62,749 nt of DNA, taken from a virus (Duplodnaviria > Caudoviricetes). The position numbers and the translations under genes are program-made. Each line of letters opens with the position of its first letter. Within the stretch, counting starts at the first letter, position 1. The stretch covers positions 1 through 62,749 of IMG/VR virus record IMGVR_UViG_3300042520_000420, one strand, 5' to 3'. Shown here in pieces: positions 55,318 through 62,749 of the stretch. The notes under the pieces are model-generated. The model searched no databases and was not told where the DNA came from. It worked only from the letters and a program-made list of their open reading frames with translations.

Positions 55318-55661
55318 GTGAAGAAAAAATCCAAGCTATGGAAACCAAAAGCGCTTTGGTTGAAAAAATCACATTTGCTTTGTTGCCTCTTTTGTTTTCG
55401 TGCGTGGTCTACCTTATGTCTGCGTTATCTAATTTATCGCATGAAGTGACCATCCTAAACAGCAAAATAAGCTTGGTTGTGACTTCTGACAACAAGCAAG
55501 CCAGCAACACGGGCGCTGAATTGGCAAGAGAAAAGTTGCGTCAAGACTTGGAAAAAGAAATCCAAAAGAACAGGGATGATATTCAAGTCAATCGTTTGCA
55601 CATAGCCATATTGGAAGACAGGGCTGGAATGAAAACTACATTCAAAAGGGAAGATAAATGA
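55314..55661 (+). CDS. Membrane-anchored coiled-coil protein
   Basis: ITFALLPLLFSCVVYLM hydrophobic helix. Confidence 0.6.
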   Translation: MSEEKIQAMETKSALVEKITFALLPLLFSCVVYLMSALSNLSHEVTILNSKISLVVTSDNKQASNTGAELAREKLRQDLEKEIQKNRDDIQVNRLHIAILEDRAGMKTTFKREDK

Positions 55662-56170
55662 TTCCAATAGTCGCATCCCTCCTCGGTAGCCTAGCCGAAA
55701 ACGGCTTAGGGTTACTGTCGTCTGCCATCCAAGCCAAAGGCAAAGAGGTGGTTGAGAAAACACTTGGCGTAAAAATTCCCGATGCTCCTACCGCAGAAGA
55801 TGTCAGCAATTTGCGCCAACTTCAATACGAACACGAAGAGCGTTTGCTTGAACTTGGCATTGAGAAGGCCAAGATGGAGTTGGAAGAGATGAAGGTGCTG
55901 GCGGCAACGGCGCAGAACGAAGATGACAACGTAACAGACCGCTGGCAGTCAGATATGAACAGTGATTCTTGGCTGTCCAAGAACATTCGCCCCATGAGCC
56001 TGATTGCTATTTTCTTTGGTTATTTCCTGTTTGCCATGATGAGCGCCTTTGGTTTAAACGCCAACGAGTCCTACGTCCAGTTGCTTGGGCAGTGGGGGAT
56101 GTTAATCATGGGCGCTTACTTTGGCGGCAGAACCATTGAGAAACTTGCAGAAATGAAAGGCAAAAAATGA
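55658..56170 (+). CDS. Holin (3TM, gene-transfer-agent type)
   Basis: DSWLSKNIRP...GAYFGGRTIEK; adjacent to the endolysin. Confidence 0.75.
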   Translation: MIPIVASLLGSLAENGLGLLSSAIQAKGKEVVEKTLGVKIPDAPTAEDVSNLRQLQYEHEERLLELGIEKAKMELEEMKVLAATAQNEDDNVTDRWQSDMNSDSWLSKNIRPMSLIAIFFGYFLFAMMSAFGLNANESYVQLLGQWGMLIMGAYFGGRTIEKLAEMKGKK

Positions 56171-56508
56171 GTTTAAACACAGAACAAGCTGCGTTTTTGC
56201 TGGACACTTGTAAGCTAATCCAGTACGCTACAGACCAAGGATTCGTGGTGACCGGCGGGGAACTTGCCCGTACTCCCGAACAACAAGCCATTTATTTCAA
56301 GACGGGGCGTTCCAAAACAATGAATTCCATCCATCTAAAGCGGTGCGCCATAGACTTGAATTTTTTCAAGGACGGAAAAATCATTTGGGACAAGGTAATC
56401 CTTGCCCCTCTAGGAGCGTATTGGGAGACTCTGCATCCAAAGAACCGCTGGGGCGGTAACTTTAAGTCTCTTGTTGATTGCCCTCATTTTGAGCGCAATG
56501 TAGGTTAA
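56167..56508 (+). CDS. Endolysin, peptidase M15 (L-Ala-D-Glu peptidase-like)
   Basis: RTPEQQ...SIHLKRCAIDL...WGGNF...DCPHFE. Confidence 0.85.
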   Translation: MSLNTEQAAFLLDTCKLIQYATDQGFVVTGGELARTPEQQAIYFKTGRSKTMNSIHLKRCAIDLNFFKDGKIIWDKVILAPLGAYWETLHPKNRWGGNFKSLVDCPHFERNVG

Positions 56509-56510
56509 AA

Positions 56511-58838
56511 ATGCTCAAGAAAATCCTTCTCAAGCCCGGTGTAAACAAAGAGAACACTCGTTACACAAGTGAGAACGGGTGGTATGACTGCGACAAGATT
56601 CGCTTTCGCCAAGGTACGCCAGAAAAGATAGGCGGTTGGGAGAGAATTTCCTCCAGCACGTTTTTGGGTGTGTGCCGATCTTTGTGGGCTTGGGTGACGC
56701 TGGGTGCGCAACAGTTGCTGGGCGTAGGAACAAACCTCAAGTTCTACATTGAGAATGGCGGTAGTTACTACGACATTACCCCATTAAATCAAACCAACAC
56801 GCTCACAAACCCGTTTGATATGGTGAGCGGTTCCTCCACGGTGACCGTAACTGATGCTAACGGCGGATACTCAAACAACAACTACGTCACATTTACCGGC
56901 TCTTCGGCAAATGGCGGTATTACCTTGTTGGGTGAGTATCTGCTAACAACGGCTTCAGTGGCTAATACTTATACGGTTGTTGCCTCCTCCACAGCAGCCA
57001 TATCAGCAGCTAATCCTGCTGTATTTACCACTCAGTTTAAGTTAGCTAATAACGTAGAGGTAACGTTAACAAGCACAGGAATGTTGCCTAGCCCGTTTGT
57101 GGCAGGCACAACCTACCATGTTGTGTCAACTTCAGGATATACATTTAGCCTTGCTGCCACATCAGGCGGAACGGCAATAAGTACGATTGGATCGATTCAA
57201 TCTGGCATTCATACAGTAACTGCAAAAGCCTCATCTACTGCCGCTGCCGGTGGTGGAACTGTTAGGGCAGCATATCAAATTGCTACTGGCGAAGCATTTG
57301 CCGTAAGTCTTGTTGGTTGGGGCGCTGGTGGCTGGGGGTCAGGAACGTGGGGGATAGGAACAGAATCAACCCAAACATTCCGTCAGTGGAGCCAGAGTAA
57401 CTTTGGGGAAGATTTAATCTTTGGCCCAAAAGGTGATGGCATTTACTACTGGGACGCTTCATTTGGATTGGTTGGCACAACATTTACCGTTACTATTGCA
57501 ACACCTGCGATTTTGTCTACATCCATTACGCTTACGAATGGTATGGTGTTCGTATTAACAACAGATGGCGCTTTGCCTACGGGTTTAAACGTTGGTCAAA
57601 ATTACTACGTCATTAACACTACCGGTACATCTTGTGAGTTATCAGCTACTTATGGCGGCGTTGCTATTAATACATCAGGATCGCAGTCTGGTACACACAA
57701 AATTGCGTCTAGAGCAATTGCTTTAGAGGACTACGGCGGCGCATCAGCTGTGCCTACAGAACAGAATTACTTGCTGGTGTCAGACTCTAGTAGGTTTGTT
57801 TTTGCATTTGGCGCTACGGAGTTTGGTTCATCTACATTTAATCCAATGTTGATTCGCTGGTCAGACCAAGGCGATCCATTTAACTGGACTCCCAGCGCAA
57901 CAGTACAGGCTGGATTTACTTATCTGTCTCACGGCTCTGAGATCGTGACAGCAATACAAGCTCGCCAAGAAATTTTGGTTTGGACTGATTCGTCTTTGTA
58001 TTCGCTTCAATACCAAGGCGCACCCGTTGTTTGGTCTACACAGATTGTGGGCGATAACCTTTCCATTGCAGGAGAAAACGCAGTGGCTTATGCCAACGGC
58101 GTAGCCTATTGGATGGGTGTGGATAAGTTTTATAAATACGATGGTAGGACTCAAACGCAAAACTGCGATCTACGTCAGTATGTTTTTTCGGACATAAACA
58201 AGTCGCAGTTTGCTCAGGTAGTTGCCGGTACAAATGAAGGTTTTAATGAGATTTGGTGGTTCTATTGCTCCGGCACAAGCATCACAATTGATAGCTATGT
58301 AGTGTTTAACTACATGGAGAATCAAGGTCAAGGCGCTTGGTACTACGGGTCTATGGCTCGCACAGCTTGGCTGGACAGTGGATTGAGAGATTATCCAATT
58401 GCAGCCACATACGACTACAACATTGTGAACCATGAGCAGGGTGTTGATGACAACGCTACTGGAACCACCTTGCCTATTGAGGCTTTTATTACTTCTGCCG
58501 AGTTTGATTTGGAGGATGGTGATCGCTTTGGCTTTGTGTGGCGGGTTGTTCCTGACATTACGTTCCGTGGATCCACCGCCGCCAGTCCTCAAGTAACCAT
58601 GTATCTCAAGCCCATGCAGAACTCAGGTTCTGGATATAACGTCCCACCCTCTGTTGGTGGAGAGAATAATGCCACGGTGACAAGAACGGCAATACTTCCA
58701 ATTGAAGAATTTACCGGTCAGATCTACACCCGTGTGCGTGGGCGACAGATTGCTATGGAGGTAAGGTCTACTGCTGCTGGAGTGACTTGGCAGCTTGGCT
58801 CTCCTCGACTTGACATCAAGCAGGATGGCAGACGATGA
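56511..58838 (+). CDS. Tail tubular B / nozzle-like protein
   Basis: 775 aa, beta-rich; RFRQGTPEKIGGW, IRWSDQ, EIWWFY, RVRGRQ. Confidence 0.72.
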   Translation: MLKKILLKPGVNKENTRYTSENGWYDCDKIRFRQGTPEKIGGWERISSSTFLGVCRSLWAWVTLGAQQLLGVGTNLKFYIENGGSYYDITPLNQTNTLTNPFDMVSGSSTVTVTDANGGYSNNNYVTFTGSSANGGITLLGEYLLTTASVANTYTVVASSTAAISAANPAVFTTQFKLANNVEVTLTSTGMLPSPFVAGTTYHVVSTSGYTFSLAATSGGTAISTIGSIQSGIHTVTAKASSTAAAGGGTVRAAYQIATGEAFAVSLVGWGAGGWGSGTWGIGTESTQTFRQWSQSNFGEDLIFGPKGDGIYYWDASFGLVGTTFTVTIATPAILSTSITLTNGMVFVLTTDGALPTGLNVGQNYYVINTTGTSCELSATYGGVAINTSGSQSGTHKIASRAIALEDYGGASAVPTEQNYLLVSDSSRFVFAFGATEFGSSTFNPMLIRWSDQGDPFNWTPSATVQAGFTYLSHGSEIVTAIQARQEILVWTDSSLYSLQYQGAPVVWSTQIVGDNLSIAGENAVAYANGVAYWMGVDKFYKYDGRTQTQNCDLRQYVFSDINKSQFAQVVAGTNEGFNEIWWFYCSGTSITIDSYVVFNYMENQGQGAWYYGSMARTAWLDSGLRDYPIAATYDYNIVNHEQGVDDNATGTTLPIEAFITSAEFDLEDGDRFGFVWRVVPDITFRGSTAASPQVTMYLKPMQNSGSGYNVPPSVGGENNATVTRTAILPIEEFTGQIYTRVRGRQIAMEVRSTAAGVTWQLGSPRLDIKQDGRR

Positions 58839-59185
58839 CCTTACTAGTAACTTCTGACTTTGAAATCAACAGGGTTGCAACGCCAGCATTGCCGTTGGCT
58901 CCGGAGATATATCAGCGCTCTTACCAAGATCAGCTAAACAATGTCTTGCGCCTGTATTTCAATAGAGTAGATAGCATTCTGGGTCAGCTTTCTGCATCTA
59001 CTCAAAGCGTAATTTCAACTACCGTTTACACAGTGGTAACGTTACCAAGTGCCGCTACGTCCGGCGTTGGGGCTAGGTCGTTTGTTTCTGATGCTAACGC
59101 TACAACATTTGCTTCAATTGTTGCTGGTGGCGGGGCTAATCAGGTTCCGGTTTACTCCGATGGAACAAATTGGAGAATTGGGTAA
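58835..59185 (+). CDS. Tail-associated protein
   Basis: PALPLAP...QLNNVLRLYFN...VPVYSDGTNWRIG. Confidence 0.65.
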   Translation: MTLLVTSDFEINRVATPALPLAPEIYQRSYQDQLNNVLRLYFNRVDSILGQLSASTQSVISTTVYTVVTLPSAATSGVGARSFVSDANATTFASIVAGGGANQVPVYSDGTNWRIG

Positions 59186-59187
59186 GC

Positions 59188-59577
59188 ATGGAAAAGTTAA
59201 CTGATTTCAGAATTCTTGAAATAGATGCAAAGCGCAACTCACAAGGAGCAGATGCTCATGAATTACAGGAAATGATAGAACACGCAATAGAGCATCAAAA
59301 CGCAGCTATTGTGAGAGAGGGTGATACATTGATTCTTTACATAGAAGTCAGCGATGGTCATGCCGAGTTCCATTGTTTTAATGCAGATACCGCAGACAAT
59401 TTGGTTGAGAACGTATCTAGGTTTTATGATGTATTGAGGAAAGAGGGATTTAAGACGGCAGAAACAGACTATGACAATCCAAAAATAAACGATTTAATTG
59501 TTCGCACAACCTCGCCAGAAAACGTAACAATTACTGATGGTGTGCATCATACTTATCTTGCAAAGGTGGTGTTGTAA
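59188..59577 (+). CDS. Hypothetical protein
   Basis: In operon; TAATG overlap with the next gene. Confidence 0.6.
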   Translation: MEKLTDFRILEIDAKRNSQGADAHELQEMIEHAIEHQNAAIVREGDTLILYIEVSDGHAEFHCFNADTADNLVENVSRFYDVLRKEGFKTAETDYDNPKINDLIVRTTSPENVTITDGVHHTYLAKVVL

Positions 59578-62500
59578 TGGGATTCGTTAAAAAAACAGTT
59601 GCAAAAGTTGACCCTGTCAAAGTCCTTGCCAAAGTTGATGACGCAATTGTTCAACCTGTTGTTCAGCCAGTTTCAAAAACTTTAGCCAAAGTTGAAGATG
59701 TTGTAAAGGAGGAGATCCTAGCCAAGCCTGCTGGTCAACTTCTTTTAATGGTTGCAATGCCTTATGCGGCATCTTATTTAGCTCCATATATGGTTGCCGC
59801 AGGTGTGCCTGCCGCCTATGCTACAGCAGTAGCCGGTGCTGTTGCGCAAACTACTATTGCTACTGCTTCTGGCGTTCCATTTGATAAGGCTTTGGAGGCT
59901 GGAATTATCAATGTAGCGACTGGCATAGGCGCTGACAAGCTTACGCCCTATGTAAATAATTTTGTAAAAAACCCACAGATTACATCAGCAATTGTTAATG
60001 CATCAACTACTGTTGCCCAAGGCGTTGCGTCAGGTCAGTCGGAAGCTCAAATCAAAGCGGCTTTGAGTGGGTCATTGGCTGGATCAACGGCAGGGATGTT
60101 AAACCTAGTCCCCGGTTACTCTGATTTGCCAGTGCCAGCAAAAAACGTCATTGGCGCTAGTGTCAGAGCGCAACTGCTTGACAAGGATGTTGGTGATGCC
60201 GCCACTCAGTCACTCATCACATCTGGCCTGCAATCAGCCGCAAACGGAGTGGTTGCCTACAACAAGATCAGCAATAAGCTTGGAAGGCCAGCCACAGAGG
60301 ATGAAATTAAGCAATTTGCTCTTTATTCCAATCCATCGCAAGCCAATAAAGACATTGACTCATATATTGATTCTAAATCCGTCACCGAAGATGAGGTAAG
60401 ACAAGCCTTTGCAAAAGAGGGTGTTACCAAATTAACGCCTCAACAAATTGAAAAATATGTAAAAAATGATGTTGACCCAATAAAGCTGCTAGAGGATGCT
60501 CAAAAAGAAGCGGATTCTTTATATACCAATCGTGATGAATTAAAAGAAATATATAAATTCAACCTTGACGACGATCCAACACAAAAAGAGATTGATTCAT
60601 TTGTTGGCAAAACAGAATCAGATGTTTTGGCGGCAATTACAAAAACAAAAGATACCGCTTTTGACATGTATGAAAAAATATATGGCAAGCAGGCGGAATC
60701 CCCTAAAGATGTTTTAGATTTGCTTCAAGACATATCTGATAACCCAGATACAAATTGGGGGGATCTAGACAAAGCCATAGAGGCTCAAAGCGAGATTAAA
60801 CAAAAAGTCACCCGTGGAGAAGCTTATGCTGCCGCTAGAGCGGCATTTGGCCCCAATGCGACATTTGAATGGACTGATCCAAAAACAGGAAAAACAGGCA
60901 CTTACACAACAGAATCAGCTACCGAAAAAGCGGTAAGAGATTCCTCATCTTTAATTACGCAGGCCTCTTCAAACCAAAAGGCTGTTGACTACGTTAAAGA
61001 AAAGCTTGCAAGTAACATCCAAGATCCAAATTTTAACCCTGCTGATTTAAATAAAAAATCAATGCAGAGCTGGGTTGATGCTTACGTCAAGGCCACCCCA
61101 ACCCAACAAGCAGCAATGCTAAAAGGGCAGGATAAGTCCACCTTTACAGTCATCGATACCTTGTTGCGTCAAACACAGCAATACAACCCAACAGGTAGCG
61201 CCGCAGTAACGAAAGATACCGGCGACAAGATAATTGAATCACCAGTTACAAATTACTGGGGCGTTGCAACAACTGGAGCAAACTTAGCTGCCGCAGACTT
61301 AGCCTCCCTTGGTGTGCGTGGTGTTGATATTGTTGGAAAGTCTCTTGGTTACGACTCTAAAACCACTTCAGACATCTTAAAACTTCTTGATGAGGACAAG
61401 GAAACTCAGCTTGGCAAGTTAGTTGGATATGAAAAGGCATCCGCAGGAGGCGTTGCATCTGGAATTACATCTGCCGCAGCTTATTTATCGGGCGGCAAAT
61501 GGGCAAGTGTTGCTGCAAACACGGGCATAGTGGCAAATACCTCATGGATGCAAGGTGAAAAAGCCGGGTTAAGTGTATTAGACAACTCAGCCAGAACTGC
61601 CGTCATGGCAACTATGGAAATGGTCGGGGAAACACTTGGTATTTCCGGCTTGGAAAAAATAATGAAAGGCATCCCCGTTACGGGCGGGGTAGATGCCATG
61701 ATTGATGGGGTAAAAAGGCTTGGCGCTGGCTTAATAACTGAAGAAGCACAAGAGTTGTTGACTACAACTATGCAGTTCACCGCTGACAAGTATGCTAGTT
61801 TTGGTCTTGGAAAAGAATCCACTGTTGAAGATTTTGCTCAGGCCCTTAAGGATACAGTTGTTGCAACAGCAGCAGCAGTTGGGTCTTCTGGAAGCATAGC
61901 AACATCCACAAATAATCTTAACAAAGCCCTTGAGACCGCCGCCACAAGGGATTCCAATTATTTCAACAGCGATGATGCCATTTTATTTAATGACGCAAAT
62001 TTTAAAAATGCAGATTTAATTACAAAGCAAGAAACTTTGCGTGGCACAAGGGATAATATTATTGACGAGCTTTTAAATTCTGGACTAACAGAAGATCAAG
62101 CCACATCTAAAGCCAATCAGGTAATTGGCAAAGAATTTGTCAACACTTCAGAGTTTGAATCCGGCTTAGAAGAAACTGATATTAATCAAGTTATTGGTAA
62201 GAACTCCACAGGTCAAGACATTACTTTGTCTGAATTAATTGGAGCAACAGCTACAGGAACAGAGTTAAGTGGCAATCCCGTTATTGCAGAAAACTTTGCC
62301 CAGCAAGTGTTGGCAATGGAAGATAGCAATGTAAACGATGTCTTTAAAAATGCTGTAGATCCTTATTACATATCAAAAGATGAGGCAAGCAGTATTTTTC
62401 AAGAGTTGGGGTACACGGCCTCAGAGCAAGAATTAAACGACATCATAGGTAGTCGTGTTGAATCACAAACAACAAAATCAACACAAGAAAAATATGACCC

Positions 62501-62749
62501 ACTTGCAGTTTCGGAGGCTGAGGCAAAAGCCGCATTTGCAGCTGAGGGTATATTAAATCCAACGACGCAGGAAATTGCCAACTATATTGGAAATAAAAAC
62601 GAGCAAGAGACCATAAAATCATTGTCTGAATACGCTGACCCAAGGGCGTTTACTGAACAAGAAGTTAAACAGCTATTTAAAGAGCAGGGCTACACTGCAA
62701 GTCAACAAGAGATAAACAATTTTGTTAACTACATTCTTCAAAACAATAA
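59577..62749 (+). CDS. N-terminal part of a large ejection-type protein (continues at the window start to 833)
   Basis: ATG at 59577; no stop found in the portions translated and no terminated ORF in this frame in the track; hydrophobic A/G segments; DP...E...F..G..PT..EI..FVG repeats. Confidence 0.8.
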   Translation, partial: MGFVKKTVAKVDPVKVLAKVDDAIVQPVVQPVSKTLAKVEDVVKEEILAKPAGQLLLMVAMPYAASYLAPYMVAAGVPAAYATAVAGAVAQTTIATASGVPFDKALEAGIINVATGIGADKLTPYVNNFVKNPQITSAIVNASTTVAQGVASGQSEAQIKAALSGSLAGSTAGMLNLVPGYSDLPVPAKNVIGASVRAQLLDKDVGDAATQSLITSGLQSAANGVVAYNKISNKLGRPATEDEIKQFALYSNPSQANKDIDSYIDSKSVTEDEVRQAFAKEGVTKLTPQQIEKYVKNDVDPIKLLEDAQKEADSLYTNRDELKEIYKFNLDDDPTQKEIDSFVGKTESDVLAAITKTKDTAFDMYEKIYGKQAESPKDVLDLLQDISDNPDTNWGDLDKAIEAQSEIKQKVTRGEAYAAARAAFGPNATFEWTDPKTGKTGTYTTESATEKAVRDSSSLITQASSNQKAVDYVKEKLASNIQDPNFNPADLNKKSMQSWVDAYVKATPTQQAAMLKGQDKSTFTVIDTLLRQTQQYNPTGSAAVTKDTGDKIIESPVTNYWGVATTGANLAAADLASLGVRGVDIVGKSLGYDSKTTSDILKLLDEDKETQLGKLVGYEKASAGGVASGITSAAAYLSGGKWASVAANTGIVANTSWMQGEKAGLSVLDNSARTAVMATMEMVGETLGISGLEKIMKGIPVTGGVDAMIDGVKRLGAGLITEEAQELLTTTMQFTADKYASFGLGKESTVEDFAQALKDTVVATAAAVGSSGSIATSTNNLNKALETAATRDSNYFNSDDAILFNDANFKNADLITKQETLRGTRDNIIDELLNSGLTEDQATSKANQVIGKEFVNTSEFESGLEETDINQVIGKNSTGQDITLSELIGATATGTELSGNPVIAENFAQQVLAMEDSNVNDVFKNAVDPYYISKDEASSIFQELGYTASEQELNDIIGSRVESQTTKSTQEKYDPLAVSEAEAKAAFAAEGILNPTTQEIANYIGNKNEQETIKSLSEYADPRAFTEQEVKQLFKEQGYTASQQEINNFVNYILQNN
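62624..62749. repeat. Terminal direct repeat, copy 2
   Basis: Identical to 26-151. Confidence 0.95.

Noticed and set aside
1-62749. tRNA genes, integrase/att sites, DNA or RNA polymerase, stop-codon recoding
   Set aside because: None recognised by eye, and the genes are intact and tightly packed under the standard code. tRNAscan and HMM searches were not run.

Overview
This window is an essentially complete, circularly permuted dsDNA tailed-phage genome of about 62.6 kb; bases 26-151 repeat exactly at 62624-62749. It looks podovirus-like: I recognise no tape measure, tail tube or sheath gene, and it has large ejection-type proteins. Layout: (+) ejection/internal virion genes wrapping the contig ends (59577-833, 848-4034) and a 3223-aa polyvalent protein (4042-13713); (-) small accessory genes plus SSB-like, Sak and exonuclease genes (13694-20905); (+) RusA, a structured non-coding leader, and a T7 gp4/Twinkle-type primase-helicase (20925-24619); (-) a putative early operon with SprT-like, MoxR-type AAA+ and vWA genes (24881-30904); (+) terS, a LexA-like DNA-binding protein, terL, portal, GroES, scaffold, capsid, glycosyltransferase, small basic proteins, adaptor/tail genes, a long repeat tail fibre, and lysis genes (31505-59577). 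I saw no integrase, DNA or RNA polymerase, tRNA or CRISPR array. The strongest unexplained signals are: (1) about 43 copies of the palindrome GTTTAAAC, including a 68-bp-period array and copies overlapping promoters; (2) unrelated virion-module proteins sharing a C-terminal RADGIAxKGKT tag and many [MFY]xxGG motifs; (3) a polyvalent effector protein whose domains are each delimited by a [KR][FY]S[LIV] linker; (4) two promoter-led, pseudoknotted candidate RNAs; (5) DnaA-box clusters and an SOS box around terS, next to a LexA DNA-binding-domain-only gene. All product calls come from motif recognition by eye; no database search was run.
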